Positions 9,682 through 19,655 are shown, numbered from the stretch's first letter. The stretch is DNA of 64,000 nt from an uncultured delta proteobacterium (GCA_963771175.1 CAVYSY010000011.1:64001-128000), one strand, 5' to 3'. Program-made: numbers and translations. The notes: generated from the sequence alone by a model not told the origin.

Positions 9682-12600
9682 ATGGGGAACGAGTCAGCAC
9701 AGGTGCGTCACGCCCGGAAGCCTGCACCCCAGGCTCCTTCGTCTTCCGCTTCAGCCTCCGAGCCCGCCGACCTCATCGTGCGCTCGGTGCTGCCGGAGGA
9801 CTTGCTGGCGGCGTTGGAGAGCGAGCGCTCCCTGTATCGGTGGGTGATGCTCAAGGGCGCCGAGGACGTGCGGCTGGAGGACGAGTCGATGCTCGGCCTC
9901 ACGCCCCAGCCCGCCGCGGACCCGAGCTGGAGCGGGGGCCAGCTCATCGGCTTCCTCCCGGACGAGCGCCGCTTCGTGGGCGAGGTCGTCCACGTGGACC
10001 CCACCAACGGTCGCGTCTTCATCTCCACGCGCTCGCTGAGCCACATCCCTCCCGAGGTCATCTCCGCCGAGCGCTGGGCCTTCCAGCCCTACGACTTCTC
10101 CGAGGCGCTCCTCGCCGCCTCGCGGGCCTATGACTCGCGCGGGCCCCGCGTCCGCGAGGCCCTGGACCGCGTCCGTGGCGACATCCCCGACGATGGCTCC
10201 GGCCCACCGCCCGACGCCGAGCACCTGTGGGAGAAGCCGTGGAGCCTCCTCTGGGGTCCTCCGGGCACGGGCAAGACGGAGACGGTGGCGCGGCTGCTCG
10301 CGCGGGCCATCCAGCGCAACCCCCAGGAGCGCATCCTCGCGGTGGCCCCCACCAACCGCGCCGCCGACACGCTCGCACTGCGCGTGGCCCGCATGCTGTC
10401 CCAGGCCGGAGCCCTCCACGCGCCGGACACCACGTGCCGCGTCTTCCGTGGGGGCCTGGGCGTGGGCCAGGAGCTGACGAACACCTTCCCCGCCCTCCTC
10501 CACGATGCGGGCTACCAGAAGCAGGCCGCGCGCATCGAGCACATGGAGGAGCGCGTCCGCCGCGAGTTCCTCAACGGCGCGCCCCCCTCGCGGCTGGCCA
10601 CCGTGAAGGCCGAGCTGCGCAAGGTGCGCGATGGCCTCACGGACGAGACGCTCTTCGTCGCCCGGGAAGGGCTTCGCCACCCTGATGGTGCTCACCGTTC
10701 ATCGCGCGCTGCGGCTCGTGTCCGAGCTGGAGGGCGCCGAGCGCTTCGACCGGCTGGTGGTGGACGAGGCGGGCATGGTGTCGCGCGCCGCCGTGGGGCT
10801 GCTGGCGCCGCTCGCGCGCAAGGTGCTGCTGGGGGGAGACCCGAAGCAGATCGGCCCCGTCAGCCAGGCGCTGGAGGGCGCGGAGCGGCCGGTGCAGACG
10901 TGGATGCGCAGCTCGCCGCTGTCTCACCTGGAGGACGCGCGGGCGGCGTCCGAGTCCCGCACGTGCTGTTGCTGCGCACCCAGCACCGCATGCACCCGCG
11001 GATTGGCTCGGTGGTGAGCCACTTCTGCTACGCGGGGTTGCTCGAGGACGGCGAGGGCCCGCGCACCCGGCAGCCGAAGATGGTGGACGTGTACCCGGCC
11101 GCGCGCGCGTGCTGGGTGGTGCTGGACGAGGCCACCCGGGACGCGCGCCGCGTCTGCCACGAGCGGGGCGAGTCCGGCCGTGGCTACCGCAGGCCCTTCT
11201 CCGCGGAGCTGCTGGTGGCACTCGCCGAGCCGGCGCTGAAGGCGGGCCTCAAGGTGCTGGCGGTGACACCGTACCGGGCGCAGGCGGCGTTGCTGCGCGG
11301 GCTCGCCCAGCAGAAGGGGTGGAGCGAGTCGCGCTTCCAGGCCTCCACCATCCACCGGCAGCAGGGCACCGAGTATGACGTCGTCATCGTGGACACCGTG
11401 GCCGCCGGGCGCCCCTTCGCGCCGAGCGAGCTCACCCCCATGCTCAACGTGGCCGCCAGCCGCGCCCGCGAGTACCTCTTCGTCCTCTCCTCGCGCGCCG
11501 AGTCCGAGGCCGCCATCCCCGCGCAACTGCTGGAGCTGCTCACGCCGGTGGCGCCGAGCCTGGAGCCCCGCCTCTCGCTGCAGCCGCTGCTGGTGATGCC
11601 GGGCGTGCGCGCGCGGGGGGCCCGGCGGCCCGAGGGCCTGGGGCAGGAGATCGACTCGCTGCGCGACATGGGGCCGCTCTTCACCCAGGAGCAGGTGGCC
11701 CTCTTCGAGCGCCGCTTCGACGAGGGGCACCACCTGGTGCGCGGCGTGGCCGGCAGCGGGAAGACGTACGTGTTGGCGCACTGGGTGGCGCGCTACCTCG
11801 CCGAGCACCCGGACTCACGCGTGCTGGTGTCCTTCTTCAACAAGGCGCTGACGCCGCTGCTGTCGCGCCTGCTGGTGGCGGCCCTGCGGCAGCGGCTCGG
11901 GAAGCGGGCGCCGCTGATGACACAGCGGGTGACGCTCATGCACATGACGGGGACGGGCTCCTTCGCTCGGGAGAGCTTCGACGCCGTCTTCGTGGACGAG
12001 GCGCAGGACCTGAGCGCCACCGAGCTCGCGCACCTGCATTCGCTGGCCCGGCCGCTCTCGAGCGGGGAGGGCTGGCCGCGGAAGGCCTTCCTGCTCTTCG
12101 CGGACGACTCGCAGAACGTCTACGGACACAGCGCCGTGGATGCCCTGCGCCAGCAACTGCCGGACGGGCTCGACTTCACCGGCCGGGTGCGCGTGCTGCG
12201 CGAGGCCTTCCGCTCCACGCGCCAGGTGTCGGAGCTGGCCTTCAACGTGGTGTTGGACCCGCTCGGGCTGCACCGGCTGCCCAACCCCGGCATGCGCGAG
12301 TTCATGCGGGCCAGCGAGCTGCGCGAGCAGGGGCTGCTGGAGGAGCCGGTGCCGGGAGTGGACGGGCTGTACCGGTTGCAGTGCACCGAGCGCGAGGGCG
12401 TGGTGCCGGTGGTTCGGGTCTTCGACTCGCCGCAGGAGGAGGAGGCGTGGCTGGTGCGCGAGGTGAAGCGGCTGCGCGAGCAGGAGGGGGTGCGGCCCTC
12501 GGACGTGCTGGTGGTGGCGCCCGTGCGTCCGGCGCGGCTGGCCGAGGCGCTGGAGCGCGAGGGCCTCGGGGCGGTGGCCTTCGGGGGCCGCGGCGGTCAG

Positions 12601-12900
12601 GACGTGGCGGGCTTCAGCGTGGGGAGGGTGGACTACGTCCGGGTGACGACGGCCTTCTCGTGCAAGGGGCACGAGAGCCCGGTGGTGTTCTTCTGCGGCG
12701 TGGACGCGCTGGACGACATGGCCTGGATGGAGACGAAGCCGGGGCGCACCGAGCGTGAGTTGGAACGCACGCGCCGTGCGCTCTTCTACGTGGGCGCCAC
12801 GCGGGCCATGGTGCGCCAGTACGTGAGCGGACTCGCGGGGGCCCGCTTCACCCGCGTGGCCGCCGAGTACGCGCGGGCGCTCACCCGGGGGACCCGATAG
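9682..12900 (+). CDS. Fused double superfamily-1 helicase (N-terminal Upf1/Dna2-like, C-terminal UvrD-like); compensating frameshifts at ~10670 and ~10960
   Basis: Module 1: GPPGTGKT, APTNRAAD, VDEAG and GDPKQ (in ORF 10631-11017), QHRM, TPY, TIHRQQG, LNVAASRA. Module 2: TQEQ, GVAGSGKT, VDEAQD, DDSQ, FRST, KGHE, YVGATRA. Confidence 0.8.
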   Translation: MGNESAQVRHARKPAPQAPSSSASASEPADLIVRSVLPEDLLAALESERSLYRWVMLKGAEDVRLEDESMLGLTPQPAADPSWSGGQLIGFLPDERRFVGEVVHVDPTNGRVFISTRSLSHIPPEVISAERWAFQPYDFSEALLAASRAYDSRGPRVREALDRVRGDIPDDGSGPPPDAEHLWEKPWSLLWGPPGTGKTETVARLLARAIQRNPQERILAVAPTNRAADTLALRVARMLSQAGALHAPDTTCRVFRGGLGVGQELTNTFPALLHDAGYQKQAARIEHMEERVRREFLNGAPPSRLATVKAELRKVRDGLTDETLFVAREGLRHPDGAHRSSRAAARVRAGGRRALRPAGGGRGGHGVARRRGAAGAARAQGAAGGRPEADRPRQPGAGGRGAAGADVDAQLAAVSPGGRAGGVRVPHVLLLRTQHRMHPRIGSVVSHFCYAGLLEDGEGPRTRQPKMVDVYPAARACWVVLDEATRDARRVCHERGESGRGYRRPFSAELLVALAEPALKAGLKVLAVTPYRAQAALLRGLAQQKGWSESRFQASTIHRQQGTEYDVVIVDTVAAGRPFAPSELTPMLNVAASRAREYLFVLSSRAESEAAIPAQLLELLTPVAPSLEPRLSLQPLLVMPGVRARGARRPEGLGQEIDSLRDMGPLFTQEQVALFERRFDEGHHLVRGVAGSGKTYVLAHWVARYLAEHPDSRVLVSFFNKALTPLLSRLLVAALRQRLGKRAPLMTQRVTLMHMTGTGSFARESFDAVFVDEAQDLSATELAHLHSLARPLSSGEGWPRKAFLLFADDSQNVYGHSAVDALRQQLPDGLDFTGRVRVLREAFRSTRQVSELAFNVVLDPLGLHRLPNPGMREFMRASELREQGLLEEPVPGVDGLYRLQCTEREGVVPVVRVFDSPQEEEAWLVREVKRLREQEGVRPSDVLVVAPVRPARLAEALEREGLGAVAFGGRGGQDVAGFSVGRVDYVRVTTAFSCKGHESPVVFFCGVDALDDMAWMETKPGRTERELERTRRALFYVGATRAMVRQYVSGLAGARFTRVAAEYARALTRGTR

Positions 12901-13006
12901 TGGAGTGTCCGAGTGGCTTCTCAATGATTTTCAATCCAGGGGTGCCCCGAACAACCAATCAGATCGACTCGGACTTCTTCTCCTCGTCCAAGACAGTCCG
13001 AGAGGA

Positions 13007-13438
13007 CTAATCTTCAGCGGCCTCTATCTCCGCATGGGCGATCTTGAACTTTCGTAGTACCTCCAGCGCCCGGCTGGATACCTCCAATCGAAAGTTCGGC
13101 GTGAGACAAAAATCGGCATCACGGTCCTTGCCGGTAATCTTGAGCCATCGGAACTCCGGCAGGGTACGTCCTGGGTATAGCTCTTGGAACTCTGGCGACG
13201 TGCTCACTTCGACATCGTCCATGCTGAAACCCACCAGTCCTGCTTCTTCGAGTGCCTTCGCGAGGGCGGAAGAGACAAGAAAGCAGGGGAAGACTTCTAG
13301 CAGATCATCGCCCAACCACCCCTCGAAGCGATGATGGAAGTGAGACACCACTGGGGGATGGATGGATGTGTCCATGATTGTATTGTCTCCCAGTTCCCCA
13401 GCGACTTCAGGAGACACCAACCACCGCTCTCTGCTCAT
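13007..13438 (-). CDS. Putative immunity protein (SitI-type) cognate to the upstream toxin
   Basis: 143 aa acidic ORF overlapping the toxin 3' end, visibly lower GC, GWLGDDLLEVFPCFLVS motif. Confidence 0.7.
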   Translation of the reverse strand: MSRERWLVSPEVAGELGDNTIMDTSIHPPVVSHFHHRFEGWLGDDLLEVFPCFLVSSALAKALEEAGLVGFSMDDVEVSTSPEFQELYPGRTLPEFRWLKITGKDRDADFCLTPNFRLEVSSRALEVLRKFKIAHAEIEAAED

Positions 13439-14744
13439 GGTGACCTCTGTTCAATCTAGAGAGGGGCTCGAAAAGCGCACCAAACTGTCTGTCCAGTTGT
13501 TCTGCAAAATCAAGCACCTGCTGCTTCGTTGGCTTGGGATGATTGCGATAGAATTTGTTCCAGGTGCGCCGAATCTTGCCGAGATGGAGATCCGGATTGA
13601 CTGACTTCGGGATTCCGCGAAGGTTTTTCAGCGAGTGAATCTCGGTCTCCGTGAACAACCCCGGGTATTTTTCGAGCACCTGCTGCTCAACGGAATGATG
13701 CACTATGACTCTGCCGCGCAAGACGGGATGCGCCGCGAAGAACGTCTCTCGATAATTCGTTGGCTTGACTGTCGTTTCCGTGCGGCCAGCGTGACCCGGG
13801 TCATCATTCCCGGCCATCATCGCGACGGCAGTGGGCGCCATGGAGATGACGAGGTTGCCGTCTACAACGGCCACCGCGCTCACCTGCCCTACCTCCGATA
13901 GCTTGATGCCCACCTGGGAGGCGCCCAGTGCCGCCGCCTCCGAGAAGCTGGGCAGCATGGACAGCCGCGAGGCCAGCCATGCGGCGCCCTCGGTCATGCC
14001 ATGGCTCACCGCCACCGTCACCGCGAGCACGAAGACGCGCGCGACCCGCGGTCCCACCACGCGCCCGAAGCGTCGGCTCGCCTCCTGCAACTCCTCGAAG
14101 GTGGTGGCCCGGTCGGTGGCTCGCTTCAGCTCCCTGCTCGCCTTCACCACGTCCAGGAAGCTTTCCACTCCCAGGTACACCAGCATCACTGCCGACACGA
14201 GCGCCGCCGCCTTGGTGAAGACCGGCTCGGGGTTCGCCGCCAACGCCACCCAGGTCACCAGACCCGTGGCAATCACCGCGTAGAAGAGCTGGGGGGCCAG
14301 GGTGTCCTCCAACGCGATGGCGATGCTCTCGCGCATGGGGTCGAACGACAGGCCCAGGGCCACTCCCAGCTTGTCCCACTCGCTCAAGCCCGCCACGTCG
14401 TCGAGCAGCGACAGGCAGTTTTCCCTGCGCTGACCCGCCTTGCACACGCCGCCGAAGCTCTTGGGAAGCAGGTGTTCCGAACGCTTACCCGCATCGTTGC
14501 CTGGGTAGGAGGCGCGCACCAGCCAGCCTTGCTGGGAGGGACGGGGGGACAGGGGCGCCTCCAGCACCAGCAGCGTCAGCGCCTCCTCGAGCTCATCCTC
14601 GTCCACCCCCACGGACTCGTTGGAGGTGGGAGGCCTGTACTCCAGTGGCACCCTCTCGCCCGTATCGAGGCGTATGACGCGCGGGGTGGCACACGCGGTG
14701 GACAGGGCCAGGAGCAGGAGCGCAACGGTCAGACGATGTGCCAC
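13407..14744 (-). CDS. SitA5-type polymorphic lipoprotein toxin with C-terminal HH..N..H nuclease-like domain
   Basis: Lipobox LSTAC then ATPRVIRLDTG, hydrophobic middle with NPEPVFTK, and a low-GC C-terminus (VHHSVEQQ...NLRGIP...LHLGKIR). Confidence 0.8.
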   Translation of the reverse strand: MAHRLTVALLLLALSTACATPRVIRLDTGERVPLEYRPPTSNESVGVDEDELEEALTLLVLEAPLSPRPSQQGWLVRASYPGNDAGKRSEHLLPKSFGGVCKAGQRRENCLSLLDDVAGLSEWDKLGVALGLSFDPMRESIAIALEDTLAPQLFYAVIATGLVTWVALAANPEPVFTKAAALVSAVMLVYLGVESFLDVVKASRELKRATDRATTFEELQEASRRFGRVVGPRVARVFVLAVTVAVSHGMTEGAAWLASRLSMLPSFSEAAALGASQVGIKLSEVGQVSAVAVVDGNLVISMAPTAVAMMAGNDDPGHAGRTETTVKPTNYRETFFAAHPVLRGRVIVHHSVEQQVLEKYPGLFTETEIHSLKNLRGIPKSVNPDLHLGKIRRTWNKFYRNHPKPTKQQVLDFAEQLDRQFGALFEPLSRLNRGHHEQRAVVGVS

Positions 14745-15029
14745 GGGACTCCCTCCAAATCGAGGAGGGTTCCAGCCTACGGGAACATCACCCCAGAGAC
14801 GATGACGCTCCGGCGCCCATCCGCACCCATATTTTCAGGGGTGCTTGCGTCCCGGTGTGAAGAGGTATGGCTCCATGGGTCTCAAGGCGTGCGCGGAGAG
14901 GAGGCGAGTCCATGGGAGGGGCGGGGGGAGGGGAGGATGCCCAGCCAGCTCGCGGGGCTGTTGGGGGCAGTGGGCGCCCGGCTGCGCGGTGTATTCTCGG
15001 TCCCTGACCGATTCAAGGAGTGTGCGCGT

Positions 15030-15820
15030 ATGTCCAGGCCGACTATCTACCAAATCCCCGTATGCCCGTTCTGCCAGCGGCTGGAAATCCTGCTGACCCT
15101 CAAGGGCGTGCGCGACGCAGTGGACTTCCACGTGGTCGACATCACGCAGCCACGGCCTGAATGGCTGCTGAAGATGACGCGCGGCACCACGGCGCTGCCG
15201 GTCCTGCGCACGGCCGATGGGCAGATCATCAAGGAAAGCCTCGTCATCATGCAGTACTTTGATGACCTGTTCTCCGCAACCCGCGTGGCGCAGTCCGATC
15301 CCTACCGCCGCGCCGTGGAGAACATGATGACGACCCTGGAGGGGCCTTTTGGCACCCAGGGTTACGTCTTCGTCATGAACCAGGACCCTGGACGCCGCGC
15401 GGCCCTGCGCGACGGCATGCTCGCGCAGTATGCCCGGCTCAACGACTTTCTCGTGGAGCATGCCCCGGACGGCACGTTCCTGTTCGAGTCCTTCGGCTGG
15501 GCCGAGGCGGTGTTCACGCCCCTGTTCATGCGTTTCTGGTTCCTCGAGTACTACGAGGACTTCGAGCTGCCCGACACCGAGCGGTATGCCGGGTGCGGCG
15601 CTGGCGCGAGGCCTGTCTGGCGCACCCGGCGGCGCAGCAGGCCACGAAAGAGGAGATCGTCAAGCTCTACTACGACTACGCCAAGGGGGCGGGCAATGGC
15701 GCGCTGCTGCCCGGACGGCGTCGCTCGTCTTTCGTTTTCGAACCCGACTGGCGCGACCGGCCCTGGCCGCCCAAGGACAAATACGGACACAGCGCCACGG
15801 ACGAGGAACTCGGGCTCTGA
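15030..15820 (+). CDS. Omega-class glutathione S-transferase / glutathione lyase, LigG-like; frameshift near 15590
   Basis: IYQIPVCPFC, TTALP, KESLVI and FGWAEAVFTP. The C-terminus is in ORF 15593-15820 (KLYYDY, DWRDRPWPPKDKYGHSATDEELGL). Confidence 0.85.
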
Positions 15821-16015
15821 GGCGCGTGCTGGCGGGCGTGGACCGGCAGGCAACAATCCCCGGAGGGCCGCCGTGACACGTGCCTCGGACGGGAGGTGGT
15901 GAGCCCGACGTGTGGACTGGCTGACAACACTTCCCGTCGTCCGGTGTTGTTCCGACGGTTACGAGGCCTGGCCGGGTTCTGTCCCGTCCCTCTGGAAAGA
16001 CGGGGAGTTCAGCGA

Positions 16016-16031
16016 TGGCACGGCTGCTGCA
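16016..16031 (+). promoter_or_regulatory. Sigma54 (-24/-12) promoter
   Basis: TGGCACGGCTGCTGCA has GG-N10-GC spacing and lies ~45 bp before the ATG at 16076, which has an AGGAG RBS. Confidence 0.65.
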
Positions 16032-16075
16032 CAAGGCAGGGCTCGTCGCATTCAACTCAACCCAGGAGCCCACCC

Positions 16076-16603
16076 ATGAAGCGGTTCTTCTCTTCCATCT
16101 GCCTGCTGGCCCTCTTCGTCGCCTTCCCCATGCAGAGCCACGCGCAGGACTTCAGCCGCACCGAGGCGGCCAGCCTGGCGCTGCGGGCGGAGACGTCCAA
16201 GGATCTGCTGGAGGGCGCCGCGGCGCTCGGCCTCGATGTCGACACGGAGAACTTCGTCGTCGCCTCGCGTGATGACGGCCTCGTCGTCAACACGGGCGTG
16301 AAGGGGGCCGAGCTCCTCTCCAGCGCCGACCTGGCCAAGGGCGCCACCCTGGGCATGGTCTACCTCTCCGGCTTCGGCATGCAGCCGGGCTTCTACCGGG
16401 TCGACGTGGTGATCCCCGAGGGTTCGCGCGAGGGCACTGCGTACCTGCTGGACGCGACCGGCAAGGTGGCGCGCGTCGCTTCCGCCACGCCCACGAGCGG
16501 GTACTCGGCGAAGGCCAAGTGGACGGGCTCCATCGGCTGGAGCCACGTGACGGTCGACTACCACGGCCCCAAGGTCTCCGTGGAAGTCACCGTGAGCTGG
16601 TAG
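16076..16603 (+). CDS. Secreted hypothetical protein (175 aa)
   Basis: RBS, Sec signal MKRFFSS...SHA-Q, strong GC3 bias, and a hairpin directly after the stop. Confidence 0.8.
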   Translation: MKRFFSSICLLALFVAFPMQSHAQDFSRTEAASLALRAETSKDLLEGAAALGLDVDTENFVVASRDDGLVVNTGVKGAELLSSADLAKGATLGMVYLSGFGMQPGFYRVDVVIPEGSREGTAYLLDATGKVARVASATPTSGYSAKAKWTGSIGWSHVTVDYHGPKVSVEVTVSW

Positions 16604-16613
16604 TAGCCGTCCT

Positions 16614-16642
16614 GGCCCGGGGAGGCGTTGCCTCTCCGGGCC
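16614..16642 (+). terminator. GC-rich hairpin after the secreted protein gene
   Basis: GGCCCGGGGAGGC-GTT-GCCTCTCCGGGCC; no clear U-tract. Confidence 0.5.
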
Positions 16643-16840
16643 CGTAGGGAGTCGCAAGGGGTCAGCGAGGCATCGGCGCAGGCTCTCGCTCGCGAACTCG
16701 GTAGCGGTGCGGGCAGGCTCACTCTCGACGGGGGATGGGGTGAGGTGGCCGAGCCCCTGGGTTGTCACTGCGTCTGGGCCCACTTCCCCAAGACAGGGAG
16801 CACCAACCCAATCAGTGGCAGGCGTACCCGTGCAAAGGGC

Positions 16841-16868
16841 AAAAAAAACCCCGGAGTCTCCGGGGTTT
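16841..16868 (-). terminator. Rho-independent terminator of tRNA-Gly
   Basis: Minus strand AAACCCCGGA-GAC-TCCGGGG followed by T8. Confidence 0.85.
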
Positions 16869-16883
16869 GAAAGCGCTTCATTG

Positions 16884-16958
16884 TGGAGCGGGAAAAGGGA
16901 TTTGAACCCTCGACCCTCGCCTTGGCAAGGCGATGCTCTACCACTGAGCTATTCCCGC
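16884..16958 (-). tRNA. tRNA-Gly (anticodon GCC)
   Basis: Reverse complement GCGGGAATAGCTCAGTGGTAGAGCATCGCCTTGCCAAGGCGAGGGTCGAGGGTTCAAATCCCTTTTCCCGCTCCA, 75 nt with encoded CCA. Confidence 0.98.
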
Positions 16959-16982
16959 GTAGGGCCCTGAAAAACTGCGGCA

Positions 16983-17011
16983 CTCCTACTTCTCGGCTCT
17001 CGGAGGGTCAA
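16983..17011 (-). promoter_or_regulatory. Sigma70-like promoter of tRNA-Gly
   Basis: TTGACC-17 nt-TAGGAG on the minus strand, ~25 nt upstream of the tRNA. Confidence 0.5.
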
Positions 17012-17115
17012 GCGTTTTTCGGCGCGACGCTCGGTGCGGAGAGGGCGGCCTCGCCACCGGGCACAACCGCCCTGACCTAAGACACAGCAGGGGCGCGGCA
17101 ACGTCGTGTTGCACG

Positions 17116-17290
17116 AGACCATGTGTCTGGTCGTCGGTATCCGTACAGCCGTACCTCACCGACGCGGCCGTGCGCAGCGTGCTGAGCGTGGTCGCCGCGC
17201 GGTCCTCTCGCGGCTCCGGCATCGTCATCAGTTATGGAGGAGGCCGGCTTCGACGTCGTCGAATTGAGGCGCTCCGCTGAAGGCCTCACT
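17116..17290 (+). pseudogene. Decayed C-terminal fragment of an LCM/YktD-type SAM methyltransferase
   Basis: Frame from 17116 reads RPCVWSSVSVQPYLTDAAVRSVLSVVAARSSRGSGIVISY, resembling PTxWxWEGVxxYL...GS.(I/V)V..Y. A shifted frame then gives MEEAGFDVV. Confidence 0.5.
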
Positions 17291-17602
17291 CGTCTCGGGA
17301 CAGGTGCCGGGCCAGCGCCGCGCGTCCGGCGGCCCGGTAGAGGTCCTCCCACCCCTTCTCCTCTCCAAGTCCGGGAGGAGAAGGAGCGCGACGAGCACCC
17401 GCTCGGTGATGCCGCCGACGATCGGCATCGCTCCGTGGCGCCCCTCGTCAGGGGCGGCGACCTCCTCCCAGGCCCGTCCATTCGTACGGGCGCGCCCGCC
17501 TGGTTATCTACGCAACAACCAACCAAGCTATAAAGCCGGATTGCACACGGAAAGGGGGACACGACGGTCGGCGTCCCGAGCCCGTGCGGCAAGGGAGGGA
17601 CA

Positions 17603-19557
17603 ATGTTTCGACGTGCAGCAATCCTCATCCTCGTCACCGCGGCCCTGGCTGCCTGTGGTGGAGACCCCACGGACACCGGATCGGATGCGGGCGGCAACGG
17701 GCCCGATGCCGGTGGCAATCAGGACACCCAGGCCCCAACCCTGCTCTCCTCCTCGCCCTCCAACGGCACGACCGGGATGGCGGTGGGAGGCTCCTTCACC
17801 GTCACCTTCTCCGAGCCGATGGATCCCCAGTCGGTCCTGCTGGAGCTGCGCCCCTCGGTGGGCCTCGGCGGAGCGAGCTGGAACGCGGAGGGCACCTCGG
17901 TCAGCTACGCGCCCCTGGTCGAGCTGTCGGCGGGCGTGACCTATTCCGTGACGGTGTCGGGCAAGGACCTGGCCGGCAATGGCCTGACGGGCACCAACTC
18001 CTTCAGCTTCACCGCCGCGGCGACTGACACCACCGCGCCCACCGTCCGCACCACCACGCCCGCGACCGGTGCCACCAACGTGTCGCCCACGGCGGCGTTC
18101 AACATCTCCTTCTCCGAGCCCATGGACACCGGCACCGTGACGGTGGACCTCTCGCCGACGGCGAGCGTCGAGCTCTCATGGGACGCGGAGAGCACCACCC
18201 TCACCGCGCTGGCTCCCGCGGGCCTGGCCTTCGGCACCTCGTACACGGTGACGCTCAACGGCAAGGACGTAGCCGGCAACGCGCTGGGCGGCACGACGAC
18301 GTTCTCCTTCACCACCTCCACCCCGGCGGACGCCACCGCGCCTGAAGTGGCCTCCGGCTCCCCGGCCAACGGCACCACCGGCGTGAGCACCTCCACCAAC
18401 ATCTCCCGTGTCCTTCTCGGAGAGCATGGACCGGCTCTCGGTGGAGAATGCGCTCAGCGTGAGCCCCACGGTCACCTGCTCCTTCGCGTGGAACACCGCC
18501 AGCACGCTCGTCACCTGCATCCCCGCCGCGCCGCTGAGCTTCAGCACCTCGTACACCGTGACGCTCGGTACTGGCGCGAAGGACCTGGCGAACAACGCGC
18601 TGGCCGCCGCCCACAGCTTCTCGTTCACGACCGCCTCGGCGCCGGACACCACCAAGCCCACCGTCACCGGCTCCACCCCGGCCAACGGCAGCAAGGGCAA
18701 CGTCCGCGCCTCCAGCATCACGGTGGTCTTCTCCGAGCCCATGGACAAGGCCTCGGCGCAGACGGCCTTCGCCATCACCAGCCCCACCGGCTACAACGCG
18801 GGCATCTTCACCTGGAACACCGCGGGCACGGGAGATGACCTTCAACCCGGATGCCGACTTCGCCTACGGAACGCTGGTGTCCTGGTCGGTGAGCACCGCG
18901 GCGAAGGACCTGGCGGGCAACACCCTGGCGAGCTCCGTCAGCCACTCGTTCCGGGTGGCCTACCTGGGCCAGAAGTCCCTCTACAGCGTGGCCACGCTGG
19001 ATGGCTCGGTCTACAACGACGGCGCGGTCTACACGACGGATAGCTGGGCGTCGGCCGGCGATGTCTCCAGCGGCAAGTTTCTCCGGGCCTTCTACAGCTT
19101 CAACCTCGGCGAGCTCACGGGGACGGTGGCCCGCATCAACTCCGCCACCCTCTACCTGTACCAGAGCACCTATGCCGGCTCGCCCGACACCGAGCTGGGC
19201 ACGTTCTGGGTGCAGAGCGTCGACTATGGCACCTCGCTCGACAAGAACGACTTCAACCTGCCCGTCCTCCAGACGTTCCAGTGCCGCTTCGTCAGCGGGC
19301 GGATCATCTGCGGCCTGTACGACGAGCAGCTCTCGCTCAACGTGAGCGCCGCCGGTTCGAAGTCGCTGACGGTGACTCGCAAGGTGCTGGATGACTGGAA
19401 CAACCGGTCGACCCGCGGCCTGCGCTCGCAGTTCCGTATGCGCTTCGCCACGGACGTCTCCTACGACAGCGCCGGCGACTACGTGAACATCTACACGCGC
19501 GAGAACGGGACCCAGTCGACCTGGCCGTCCATCTACGTCGAGTACGAGTACGAGTAG
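17603..19557 (+). CDS. Lipoprotein with four Big_5/SbsA-type Ig-like repeats and a C-terminal beta-sandwich domain; frameshifts at ~18408 and ~18835
   Basis: Lipobox ALAAC. Repeated D(T)xAP/KP...P.NG...FSEPMD...Y.VT...KDLAGN.L...FSFTT units across ORFs 17603-18838, 18408-19043 and 18835-19557. Confidence 0.85.
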
Positions 19558-19655
19558 TCCTCGGGACGGCTCGGGCGCCTCCGCTTCGCGGGGGCGCTCC
19601 AGCCTGCGGCTGGCGGCCTCGGTGTGGCATGCTCCCCTCTCGGGAGGTACGAGGC

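Noticed and set aside
13000..16958. Genomic island integrated at the tRNA-Gly 3' end
   Set aside because: No integrase, and I saw no duplicated tRNA 3' end (att site) in the window.
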